A DNA stretch of 60,528 nt, taken from NCBI GenBank assembly GCA_028448965.1, contig JAONQT010000001.1:1-60528 (forward strand). Direction: 5' to 3'. Under the pieces are notes generated by a model. The model worked only from the letters and a program-made list of their open reading frames with translations, did no database searches and had not been told where the DNA came from. The translations under genes were made by a program, and so were the position numbers. How positions within the stretch are numbered: position 1 is the first letter of the stretch; the number at the start of each line of letters is the position of its first letter. Of the stretch, positions 1-9,052 are shown one piece after another. Source of the stretch: Nitrosopumilus sp. GTDB lineage: Archaea; Thermoproteota; Nitrososphaeria; Nitrososphaerales; Nitrosopumilaceae.

Positions 1-70
1 TGCATCACTGGGTTTGTTATTAGTACTCAATTTGAAATTCCTGTTATAATAAAATGATTTTATCTTTTAT

Positions 71-319
71 TTAATTTTTCAGGTGTTTTCCTTGTAAATA
101 GTCCTGAAATAATTTTTCAAGTTCATTATCAGAAGGGCATTTTTTGATTTGTTCAACCAAATCAGGTTCCTCAATCTCATAACAATTCATCATATCTTGA
201 GAATCTTTGAATACCAGCATAGCTTTATTTTTAAAAATACAGTGATAGAGTTTTTCTTTTTCCATTTTATCAGGATTAAAATTTACACCATTTTCATCAG
301 TAGTTACAGGATAATCCAT
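71..319 (-). CDS. hypothetical protein
   Basis: ORF 71..340; ATG at 319 (MDYPVTT...) is the more plausible start; protein-like composition, no recognised motif. Confidence 0.7.
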   Translation of the reverse strand: MDYPVTTDENGVNFNPDKMEKEKLYHCIFKNKAMLVFKDSQDMMNCYEIEEPDLVEQIKKCPSDNELEKLFQDYLQGKHLKN

Positions 320-425
320 AGTAGTACTAGATAATCTCAATATTTAGATATTAACTTGATAGGTTAAATGTAATTTTTAAATTCATACAAAATACAATAA
401 TAATCAAATTATCATAGACTCAATA

Positions 426-1517
426 TTGGAAAGAATAGTTTTCCACATAGATTTTGATTATTTTTATGCTCAATGTGAAGAGGTAAGAAAACCAGAATTA
501 AAAACAAAACCAGTATGTGTTTGTGTGTTTTCAGATAGAGGGGGAGATAGCGGAGCTATTGCAACTGCAAACTATACAGCTAGAAAATATGGAGTGAAAT
601 CAGGAATACCAATTTCATTTGCAAAAAAAAGACTTGAACAAAGAAATGATGCAGTATTTCTACCAGTAGATTTTGAATATTATTCTGAAATGACTAAAAA
701 AGCAATGAAAATAATGAAAAAAAATGCAGATATTTTTGAATATGTGGGTAGAGATGAAGCATATTTAGACATTACAAAAAGAGTGGAAGGAAATTTTGAA
801 AAAGCAATTCATCTTGCTCAACAAATTAAAAATGAAATAAGAGTAGAAGTGAAGTTAAGTTGTTCAATAGGAGTTTCACCAAATAAATTAATATCAAAAA
901 TAGCTTCAAATTATCAAAAACCAGATGGTTTAACAGTTGTAGAGCCAAATAGAATTGAGCAGTTTTTAAAACCTCTTAACATCAGAGTAATACCAGGAAT
1001 TGGGAAAAAAACAGAACAAAGATTTATGGAAATGAATTTAGAAACGATTAAAGATTTAAAAAAAATAGATGTGTTTACATTAAATAAAGAATTTGGAAGA
1101 AAGAATGGAACTTACATGTATAATGCCATCAGAGGAATTAACAATGAACCAGTAAAAGAGAAAGAAGAAAGTATACAATACAGTAAAATAATAACTTTAA
1201 AAAAAGATTCAAAAGATTATAAATTCCTATTAGAAAATTTACAGGAATTATGTAAACAGGTTCACGATGTAATTAAGAAAAATAATAAAATGTTTAAGTC
1301 AATAGGAATACATTTTGTACAATCAGATTTAACAAATAAATCAAAATCAAGAATGTTAAGAAACTCAACAAACAACCTAGAAGAATTACAAAAAAATGCA
1401 GAGCAACTACTACTAGATGCATTAGACAGCCAAACAATGACAATTAGAAGATTAGGAGTAAGAGTAGCAGATCTTACAGAAACTAAAGGACAAAGCGATA
1501 TTACAAATTATTTTTAA
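426..1517 (+). CDS. dinB: DNA polymerase IV (Y-family, DinB/Dpo4)
   Basis: FHIDFDYFYAQCE, ANYTARKYGVKSG, DEAYLD, SIGVSPNKLISKIAS..KPDG, IPGIGKKT. Confidence 0.95.
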   Translation: MERIVFHIDFDYFYAQCEEVRKPELKTKPVCVCVFSDRGGDSGAIATANYTARKYGVKSGIPISFAKKRLEQRNDAVFLPVDFEYYSEMTKKAMKIMKKNADIFEYVGRDEAYLDITKRVEGNFEKAIHLAQQIKNEIRVEVKLSCSIGVSPNKLISKIASNYQKPDGLTVVEPNRIEQFLKPLNIRVIPGIGKKTEQRFMEMNLETIKDLKKIDVFTLNKEFGRKNGTYMYNAIRGINNEPVKEKEESIQYSKIITLKKDSKDYKFLLENLQELCKQVHDVIKKNNKMFKSIGIHFVQSDLTNKSKSRMLRNSTNNLEELQKNAEQLLLDALDSQTMTIRRLGVRVADLTETKGQSDITNYF

Positions 1518-1526
1518 ATAAAAAAC

Positions 1527-2468
1527 TCAATTTTTCAGATTGTCAGATTCTAATTTTTTTAGACGCCTAGATTCTATAACTATAACGACCAAAATAAAAG
1601 CAAATAGCCATGGCAAAAACATTATTTCACCTGCAATTTTATGATATTCTTCCCATGCAACAGGATCAGTAGTAACTTTGAGAGCATACCACGATAATGA
1701 GAAAATACGAATTAAATTAACAACTATAGTTCCTACTATACCTAAAATAAAATAAACAATTTTACGATTTTTTGGAATATTCATTTTTAGCATAAATGCA
1801 CCAATTACTAATGAGAAAATGATAATACTGTGAACACCAGCAGAAGGCCAGAAAACTTGTAGTGCCATTGATCCATGATCACCACGTAAGAACATTATAT
1901 TATCACGAGCTATCGCAGTACCCAAATCAAGGAAAGTAATTATCCAAACATTAGCTTGAACAAAATAAGGAACAACGTATTGTAATGGACCAAGTGTATC
2001 ATAAGGAAAGAAAGCATCAAGTGAAAGGATTATTGCAGTTCCACTAAGAAAAATTGGACCAGCAGGTGCAATTCTTATCCAACGTTTTCCAAAGAAAATA
2101 CTTAAACCAACAACAATAAAAATTGCCATAACTATAAAATCCCACATCCAAGTCCAAGAGTAAATTAATTGAACATCAAATTGTTTTGCAGATTCAATAA
2201 GAAACTCTCTCAAACCATATTCTAATGAAAGCAAATAACCAATTGTCAATAACGCAAGAGGAATTACTGAAAATAATCGTTTTTTAGAAATCACAATTTT
2301 TAAACCAATTAATTCAGCAACAACAAAAACTAATGCAAAAAAGTAACCACCCCTACCCTCATTCCAACTCCAAGCAATGGAGTCAGGAAATGCGATCATT
2401 GCAAAAAGAATGGGACTAGAAATAATAAAAATACCAAAAAAAAGATTCCAATTTTGCATACAAAACAA
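1527..2468 (-). CDS. thaumarchaeosortase (archaeosortase/exosortase family)
   Basis: Multi-TM protein with WPSAGVHS, NLIRI and YHKIAG, matching the exosortase Cys(here Ser)-Arg-His triad layout. Confidence 0.85.
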   Translation of the reverse strand: MFCMQNWNLFFGIFIISSPILFAMIAFPDSIAWSWNEGRGGYFFALVFVVAELIGLKIVISKKRLFSVIPLALLTIGYLLSLEYGLREFLIESAKQFDVQLIYSWTWMWDFIVMAIFIVVGLSIFFGKRWIRIAPAGPIFLSGTAIILSLDAFFPYDTLGPLQYVVPYFVQANVWIITFLDLGTAIARDNIMFLRGDHGSMALQVFWPSAGVHSIIIFSLVIGAFMLKMNIPKNRKIVYFILGIVGTIVVNLIRIFSLSWYALKVTTDPVAWEEYHKIAGEIMFLPWLFAFILVVIVIESRRLKKLESDNLKN

Positions 2469-2543
2469 TCTAAAAATGCTAAATAAATATCTGGACGTAA
2501 TAATAAATTCTCAAGAATTTTAATATAAAATAGGAATAGAAAA

Positions 2544-2651
2544 TCAGTCTTCAGAATCGTCTATTTCATCAGGATCCGAATTTCTTCTGCTTGGACGAAT
2601 TGGAACAAAGATTATTGTCACACTCAATAGTATATTGACTTGCTCATACAT
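2544..2651 (-). CDS. putative 35-aa small protein (MYEQVNILLSVTIIFVPIRPSRRNSDPDEIDDSED)
   Basis: Translated by hand; ATG..TGA fills an intergenic gap, co-oriented with neighbours. Confidence 0.3.
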   Translation of the reverse strand: MYEQVNILLSVTIIFVPIRPSRRNSDPDEIDDSED

Positions 2652-2700
2652 TCCAAGGTTACAAAAATTTACCTAATTGGTAATTTCTAATTCATTAAAA

Positions 2701-3180
2701 CTAGAACTTGACTTCACATTCAGTTTTAAGAGATTTGATCGTTGTAAAATAAGTAATTACAAGAATTGCAATAGCAATTATACGAATTGGGATCTCATAA
2801 TTTGTTAGAAATGTAGTTGCAGTTGCACCTATAGAACCAAAAGTTGAGATTACAGCAAATCCAATAGGACCACAGCTACATGCACCTGCAGCAGAACCCA
2901 CAATAGTACCAAATATACTTCCACTCATTTTTTGTTTCGAATTTTTAAGATTAGTTATTCTAAATAGATTCATAGGAATTACCAATGCAGATAATCCAGA
3001 AAGTATTACAATTAAAACAAATCCTAATTCACTTCCAGAGGGAATATGAGTAGCAAAATAGGGTTCTAAAAAAATAAATTCAGAAATTAGTAATAAAATT
3101 GTCAACATGGATGAGAAAATTACCAACGATAAGATTAAAAATTTAAAATTAGAAAAAACAACTTTAAAGATTTCTATCAT
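2701..3180 (-). CDS. membrane protein with ACSCGP motif
   Basis: About 4 hydrophobic segments, CxC motif; abuts the DsbA gene with a 0-bp gap. Confidence 0.75.
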   Translation of the reverse strand: MIEIFKVVFSNFKFLILSLVIFSSMLTILLLISEFIFLEPYFATHIPSGSELGFVLIVILSGLSALVIPMNLFRITNLKNSKQKMSGSIFGTIVGSAAGACSCGPIGFAVISTFGSIGATATTFLTNYEIPIRIIAIAILVITYFTTIKSLKTECEVKF

Positions 3181-3846
3181 TTAGATCATGGAATCCAAAA
3201 TTCTCTGGAATACAGAAAATGGTTGAGCACCACCAATTTGTGTTTGATTATAATCAGAATCAACTATAAAGAAACCAGGAGTTCCACGAACACCGTTATC
3301 TCGTGCTTGCTGAGAATTATACTGAACACGTTTAGAATATTTTTCAGAATCAAGACATTCATTGAACATTTCCATATCAAGATTCAAATTAAATGCGAAA
3401 GCTTTCAATCTTTCAGAACTTGCCCATCCATTATCAATTTTAGATTCTTGTGAAGTGTATAGAGAGGTATGATATTCCCAATACATATTCTGATCATCTG
3501 CACAATAACTTGCCTGTGCAGCTTTTGGAGAATCTCTACCTAAAAATGCAAAATCAACAAAAACTAAATTTACTTTTCCAGTTTCAATATAATCACGCAT
3601 AATCATAGGTTTAGTATCATGAAACCAATTGTAACATTGATGACATTGGTAATCACCAAATTCAACAATAGTGATAGGAGCTAAAGGATCACCTAAAATC
3701 GGAGAACCCATAGCAGTAGAAATACTTCCATGAGTACGAGTCATATCAACATCAAATTCTTCATTACTTGAGGAAGACATGGATGCGATAATTCCAACAA
3801 TAACAGAAATTACAATTATACCTAAAATTGGGAGTTTTTTATTCAT
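3181..3846 (-). CDS. DsbA-family thioredoxin-fold oxidoreductase
   Basis: N-terminal TM anchor, EFGDYQCHQC, GVRGTPGF, GAQP. Confidence 0.92.
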   Translation of the reverse strand: MNKKLPILGIIVISVIVGIIASMSSSSNEEFDVDMTRTHGSISTAMGSPILGDPLAPITIVEFGDYQCHQCYNWFHDTKPMIMRDYIETGKVNLVFVDFAFLGRDSPKAAQASYCADDQNMYWEYHTSLYTSQESKIDNGWASSERLKAFAFNLNLDMEMFNECLDSEKYSKRVQYNSQQARDNGVRGTPGFFIVDSDYNQTQIGGAQPFSVFQRILDSMI

Positions 3847-3877
3847 TAATTATGGATTAAAAATGAGTTAAAAAAAC

Positions 3878-4075
3878 TTATTCTAGACTATGAGAAGATT
3901 TTTTTTTAAATATATTTAAAAATTTACCAATTATTGTATCAATTGGACAAACATCACATGGAATTGTAGATGAGTGAGTGTCAAGGTGTTTAAGGAATTT
4001 TTCACGAGAATTTAAAATTAAATCACATTTTTCACAGTATATTTTACCATTATTAGAATTAGAAGAATTTTTCAT
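3878..4075 (-). CDS. small C2H2 zinc-finger protein
   Basis: CEKC-x12-HLDTH plus CDVC. Confidence 0.7.
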   Translation of the reverse strand: MKNSSNSNNGKIYCEKCDLILNSREKFLKHLDTHSSTIPCDVCPIDTIIGKFLNIFKKKSSHSLE

Positions 4076-4127
4076 AATTAAATTTAAAATAATTACTTAT
4101 AAAGATCATGTAAAAATAAAAAGAAAA

Positions 4128-4520
4128 TTAAAGATAGTGAATTCTCATATGAACATTTAATTCAACTTGGTATTGAGTGATAAAACCACAATGAGTGCAT
4201 GAAAACATATTCCCATCTTGGGATTTAGATTCACTTTGCAGAACTTTGCCATTTACAGACGTAATGTTGATAAATTCATTATTAGAAATTACAGCAAAAT
4301 TAGAACCCTCATTAATGGAATCAAAATATTCCTTTATTGCAGATATTACAGATTCAACTTCCAAAACATCATCATCATCTAAAGTAGATAGAGTGAATTG
4401 GTGGTGTTTTAATGTAGGAATGGCTTCAACTTTGTCTGCAACATAGACTAATAATTCATTTTGAACAGATGAGACATCTTTACAATCAATTGTAAGCATA
4501 AAATTACAGATATTCATCAA
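4128..4520 (-). CDS. hypothetical protein with C-terminal C2H2 zinc finger
   Basis: FSCTHC-x12-HMRIH at the C-terminus. Confidence 0.8.
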   Translation of the reverse strand: MMNICNFMLTIDCKDVSSVQNELLVYVADKVEAIPTLKHHQFTLSTLDDDDVLEVESVISAIKEYFDSINEGSNFAVISNNEFINITSVNGKVLQSESKSQDGNMFSCTHCGFITQYQVELNVHMRIHYL

Positions 4521-4582
4521 TATTTTAGTTTAACATTAATGTGAAAATGATTATTATGGATCAATATTACAAATCATAGGGT

Positions 4583-4969
4583 ATGGGAAATTCTGAAACA
4601 TTTGGAGTTCAAAAAGGACATGGGAAACAAATAGTAGACTGGTTAAATGAACAAGCAAAAATACAAAATAAGAAACTAGAAGCAAGACTATACAATTATG
4701 AAATTTCAACAAAAAACTTTGGAGATTTTGAAATGTTTTCATGGATGGGAGATGTTCAAATTGCAAGAAAAATGATTATAAAAGCTAGTAAAAAATTTAA
4801 AATTAAAATAATTGAAGGAGGGTATAAACCAAAAGAAAAAGTGTTTAAAATGAAAAAATTTGATTTTGCTAAAGTCAAAAAAGGAGATAAAACAATAGGG
4901 CAGTTGGAATTGGCTGTTTCAAGATTTGGGAATGCCCAATGGGAAATACAAGATGAAGAACGTCATTAA
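4583..4969 (+). CDS. hypothetical protein
   Basis: 128-aa ORF with typical codon usage; no motif recognised. Confidence 0.75.
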   Translation: MGNSETFGVQKGHGKQIVDWLNEQAKIQNKKLEARLYNYEISTKNFGDFEMFSWMGDVQIARKMIIKASKKFKIKIIEGGYKPKEKVFKMKKFDFAKVKKGDKTIGQLELAVSRFGNAQWEIQDEERH

Positions 4970-4996
4970 TTTTAAGAATAATTTGAGGGAGAGTCA

Positions 4997-5875
4997 ATGA
5001 AAATAGGAATCATAGGAATTGGAATGTTGGGAGAATCAGTTGTACTAAATTTATTAAATTCTGGACACGATGTTTCAGTTTTCAACAGAACAAAACAAAA
5101 AACAATTGAAGTTGAGAAAAAAGGAGCAAAAGTAATGGATTCAGCAAAAACAATGGCAGAAAATGTAGAATTAATAATAATTGTAGTAAAAGATGCAAAT
5201 GCGGTAAGAGATGTGTCGTTTGGAGAAAATGGAATTATTGAAAGTAGAAATAAAAAATTAATTGTTGCAGATATGAGTACAATTGATTCAACTGAATCAA
5301 AAAACATTGCAAATCAATTTGAAAAAAATGACATTCAAAAATTGGAAATTCCAGTCATGGGAGGGCCAAATGTTGCAATTAAAGGAGAATTAGTAATGAT
5401 GGCATCAGGGCCAAAAACTAGTTTTGATTATTGTAAAACAATATTTGAACAAATTGCAAATAAAATATTTTTTTTAGGAGAACAAGGTATTGCAAATTCA
5501 ATCAAGCTTGCAATGAATTTACAAATTACAATGTTAGCATTGTCACTATCTGAAGGTATAACATTAGTTGAAAAATCAAATGTAGATCCAAAAATATTTC
5601 TAGAAGTTTTGAACTCAACATATTTCAAAACAGGAATGAGTGAAAATAAAGCATTTAAAATGATAGAAGGGAATTACGATCCAACATTTACATTAGCAAA
5701 TTTAAAAAAAGATATTACAACTATAACAAACACTTCAAAAGAGTTAGGAATAGAATTACCAATGATAAATAAAGCTGAAGAAATTTATAAAAATGCAATT
5801 AATGAGGGATTAGGAAATTTAGATTATACAGGAATCATAGAGTATATTAAAAAAAGTAGTAGTTCTAAAAATTAA
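4997..5875 (+). CDS. NAD(P)-dependent beta-hydroxyacid dehydrogenase (3-hydroxyisobutyrate dehydrogenase family)
   Basis: GIIGIGMLG Rossmann motif, FNRT, DMSTI, PVMGG, KLAMN, KKD. Confidence 0.9.
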   Translation: MKIGIIGIGMLGESVVLNLLNSGHDVSVFNRTKQKTIEVEKKGAKVMDSAKTMAENVELIIIVVKDANAVRDVSFGENGIIESRNKKLIVADMSTIDSTESKNIANQFEKNDIQKLEIPVMGGPNVAIKGELVMMASGPKTSFDYCKTIFEQIANKIFFLGEQGIANSIKLAMNLQITMLALSLSEGITLVEKSNVDPKIFLEVLNSTYFKTGMSENKAFKMIEGNYDPTFTLANLKKDITTITNTSKELGIELPMINKAEEIYKNAINEGLGNLDYTGIIEYIKKSSSSKN

Positions 5876-5988
5876 GAAATTAAATTATTTCTTTTAAGAT
5901 ATCTACGATAAGAGAATCCAAAAATAAGCATGGCAATTCCAGTAATACTACCCCACATAAAAAAAGAAGCAAGATCAAATTCAGACAT
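5872..5988 (-). CDS. putative 38-aa single-TM protein (MSEFDLASFFMWGSITGIAMLIFGFSYRRYLKRNNLIS)
   Basis: Translated by hand; hydrophobic helix followed by basic residues. Confidence 0.55.
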   Translation of the reverse strand: MSEFDLASFFMWGSITGIAMLIFGFSYRRYLKRNNLIS

Positions 5989-6101
5989 AATTTGTAAAAT
6001 ATTTTGAAACATCTAAAGTTTAGGATCATAGGGAGATATCAGACAGATCATCTATCGGATGATTCTGAAACATCTAAATAGATTTGAGAATGACAAGATT
6101 C

Positions 6102-6311
6102 ATGCCTGAATTTAGATGTGAAGATTGTGGAAAAAGACTATTTCATGAAAATGAAACAACATTAGAAATTGAAAAGACAATTCATTCAAAATTCTGTAGA
6201 AAAACCAAAGGTGAAACTCACAGTTTTATGCATAGGGATCCCGCACATATGGAAACATTCGATGTGGAAAGAGAAAACGACACAGCAGGCGAACCAGTAT
6301 TAAAAAAATAA
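6102..6311 (+). CDS. small zinc-finger protein
   Basis: MPEFRCEDCG...HSKFC; ATG 6102 preferred over TTG 6084. Confidence 0.7.
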   Translation: MPEFRCEDCGKRLFHENETTLEIEKTIHSKFCRKTKGETHSFMHRDPAHMETFDVERENDTAGEPVLKK

Positions 6312-6364
6312 AAAGGTAGCACATACCTCAAAATTATATCCTAGAGAATTCTCATGAAATTTAA

Positions 6365-7576
6365 TTGTCAGAAGAACACAATTATGATTTAGTTGTAGTT
6401 GGGGGAGGACCAGCAGGATCGTCAGCAGCATTTTCTGCTGCAAAAAATGGTATAAAAGTAGCATTAATTGAAAAAGAGAATTCAATTGCAGAGACAGTAA
6501 GAACAAGTGGAGTTACATGGATTGAAAGTATCAAGGAATTTGGAATTCCAGAAAATTGTTACAATCCAATTAAAAATTTTTCATTTGTTTCACCAAATAA
6601 TGAAGTCACTATTTCAGATGAAGTATCTACAGCAGCAGTATTAGATGTAAGAAAAACATATCGGTGGTTAGCTGATGAAGCAAAAAAAAATGGAGTAGAT
6701 ATTTTTGTAAAAACCAACATCAACGAAGTGATTAAAAATAAAGATAATGATATTGTAGGAGTTAGAGGTGCTGGAGTGAATGGAAAAATAACATTTCATT
6801 CTAAAGTAATTATTGATGCTACAGGATTTATTTCTACAATTTCTAAAGCAATGGGTTTTGTCACGCAGTGGGAAAGATTTGGGGCAGGAGCAGAATATGA
6901 AGCAAAAGTAGAAAATTCAGATCCAGAAACATGGTGGTTAATGGTAGGACAAGAATATACTCCTGCAGGATATGCATGGATTTTTCCATTAGGAAATAAC
7001 ATTGTTAGAATTGGTGTAGGCGTAGGAAAACCAGAATCGAATGTAGACCCAACTCAAAGACTTAAAGAAATAGTAGAAAAAAAATTAGGACCAATAAAAA
7101 AATTAGGAAAGATAACACCAATAGAATTTCATTATGGGTTAATTCCAAATGATGGATTATCGCGTAAAACAGTTTTTAATAATTTGATTTTAGTTGGAGA
7201 TACTGCAGGCCAAGCAAATCCATTAGTTCTAGAAGGTATAAGATATGCAATAAAATTCGGTAGAGTTGCAGGAGAAGTTGCAGCAAAAGCAATTAAAAAT
7301 AAAAAAACAGATGAAAATGCATTATATCCATATGAAGAAAATTGGAGAAATGCAATTGAATCTAAAATTAAATCAGCAGGAAAAGTTCAAGATAGATGGA
7401 TAGGTCTATCAGATAAAGAATGGGATAAAGAATTAGATATAATTAATGAATTAAAAACAGATGAGTTTTTAGATTTTATAAAAGCAGATTTTGGATTATC
7501 AAATATGGTGAAATTAGCAATGAGTCATCCAAAATTAGCAGTAAGACAATTGTTTAATTTAGTTAAAGGCAAGTAA
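6365..7576 (+). CDS. geranylgeranyl reductase family FAD-dependent oxidoreductase
   Basis: VVGGGPAG, IIDATG, GYAWIFP, LVGDTAGQANPL..EGI. Confidence 0.9.
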   Translation: MSEEHNYDLVVVGGGPAGSSAAFSAAKNGIKVALIEKENSIAETVRTSGVTWIESIKEFGIPENCYNPIKNFSFVSPNNEVTISDEVSTAAVLDVRKTYRWLADEAKKNGVDIFVKTNINEVIKNKDNDIVGVRGAGVNGKITFHSKVIIDATGFISTISKAMGFVTQWERFGAGAEYEAKVENSDPETWWLMVGQEYTPAGYAWIFPLGNNIVRIGVGVGKPESNVDPTQRLKEIVEKKLGPIKKLGKITPIEFHYGLIPNDGLSRKTVFNNLILVGDTAGQANPLVLEGIRYAIKFGRVAGEVAAKAIKNKKTDENALYPYEENWRNAIESKIKSAGKVQDRWIGLSDKEWDKELDIINELKTDEFLDFIKADFGLSNMVKLAMSHPKLAVRQLFNLVKGK

Positions 7577-7617
7577 CATATCAGAAAAAATTAACGAATG
7601 ATATAATAATTTAAAAA

Positions 7618-7833
7618 TCATGTCATAGCAAATGTAGGAATACAAATGCCAGACATGATTTTAGGCACAGACATGGTCTGGTTGGTTGGTTGGGGCACAC
7701 ATAACGAATGAAATTGATTAAGAGTCATTGTAAAACAGGTTTTACAAATCATAGATGTAGATTTGAAGCAATGTGAACAATTTGTTGCATCAATAAGACA
7801 TCCACCACAATTTCTACAAGATTCATCAGGCAA
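7618..7833 (-). CDS. Cys-rich double zinc-ribbon small protein
   Basis: CRNC, CSHC, CKTC, HxxC. Confidence 0.7.
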   Translation of the reverse strand: MPDESCRNCGGCLIDATNCSHCFKSTSMICKTCFTMTLNQFHSLCVPQPTNQTMSVPKIMSGICIPTFAMT

Positions 7834-7945
7834 TTTCTTTTCAAGATAATTTACTAAAAATTAGTTATAAACAGCACGTAGAATTTATTCGAATGAATCA
7901 TCAGTATCAAGAAGATTATAATTGAATAAAAAAATGTAATTAGAT

Positions 7946-8575
7946 ATGGATAAGGTTAGTAAAAAATTTGATGATTGGGCAATTAATGGAAAAGCAGAAT
8001 CAATGGAAAAAGGCCATGGAGTGAATGTTATCAAATTTTTAAAAAAAATTTCATTTGACGAATCTTTTTCATTTTTAGATGTAGGATGTGGAAATGGATG
8101 GGTTGTTAGGTATGTATCAGATATGTCAACATGCAAAAAAGCAGTAGGAATAGATAAAAGTAAAAAAATGATTATGCAGGCAAATAAAAAAATTAAAAAT
8201 AATAAAGAAAATTTTGTTTATACAGATATAGAATCATGGAAATATACAGGTAAATTTGATTTTATTTTTGCCATGGAGTCAATATATTATTCAAATTCAA
8301 TGGAAAAAGCAATTAAGAAAATTTACAAATTACTAAAACCTGGAGGACAATTCTTTTGTGGAACAGATTTCTATACAGAAAATAAAGCGACAACCAAATG
8401 GGCAAGTATAATGAAAATTCAAATGCATTTACATTCAAAAAAAGAATGGAAAGAATTTTTTAAAAATGCAGGTTTCAGTACAGAAACAAAACAAATCAAA
8501 GATTTGAAAAGTAATGAAAAATGGAAAAGAGAATTTGGAACATTATTCATAATAGGCACAAAACATACAAAGTAA
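7946..8575 (+). CDS. class I SAM-dependent methyltransferase
   Basis: LDVGCGNG, GID, FDFIF, LKPGG. Confidence 0.9.
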   Translation: MDKVSKKFDDWAINGKAESMEKGHGVNVIKFLKKISFDESFSFLDVGCGNGWVVRYVSDMSTCKKAVGIDKSKKMIMQANKKIKNNKENFVYTDIESWKYTGKFDFIFAMESIYYSNSMEKAIKKIYKLLKPGGQFFCGTDFYTENKATTKWASIMKIQMHLHSKKEWKEFFKNAGFSTETKQIKDLKSNEKWKREFGTLFIIGTKHTK

Positions 8576-8606
8576 TATTCAAATCACATTAGAAAATACC
8601 AGTTAC

Positions 8607-8890
8607 ATGTGAGCTGGAGAACGACACGCTGCTACGGCAGAGGAAACTCCTCCCTCCATACAGGAAATGTGATCTGGAGATAGATAATCAGAGATGGTTG
8701 GCAACGGAGCAGAAAATAATCCAATATGGCGCACAGTGATGGCGAAAACCTGAGGTTTCCATAAAAGGAATGAAACAGACGACCCACATGGAGCAAAGCC
8801 AAACAGAACCGTAAGTTCCTGTACTAGGTTCAGGTAGGCTGCAAAGCGAAATATCGTTAAAACAGAAGGAGGGTTACTCCCAGCACACAT
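8607..8890 (+). ncRNA. rnpB: RNase P RNA
   Basis: GAGGAAACTCC near the 5' end, GCAGAAA, GAAAC, GGAGCAAAG, AACAGAAGGAGGGTTA near the 3' end; terminal helix TGTGAGCTGG / CCAGCACACA; GC-rich island. Confidence 0.93.
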
Positions 8891-9052
8891 AATATTATTT
8901 TAAAATTAAATAGTAGACAGTTGAAAATGAATTATTATTTCATAATTTTATACTGTACAAAAATTTGAATTAAATTAGTAACTTTGAATAATATTTATAA
9001 GAATTCAATATATCAAGAAAATTTAATTAATTTCTGAAAAACAAAGAAAATG

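Noticed and set aside
1-57. 3' end of a gene entering from the left
   Set aside because: Two plus-strand frames are open for 15-18 codons, so neither frame nor product can be assigned.
341-425. radA-type operator upstream of dinB
   Set aside because: Searched by eye; no TACNGTA dyad is present.
8603-8890. 95-aa minus-strand ORF
   Set aside because: It is the antisense shadow of the RNase P RNA gene.
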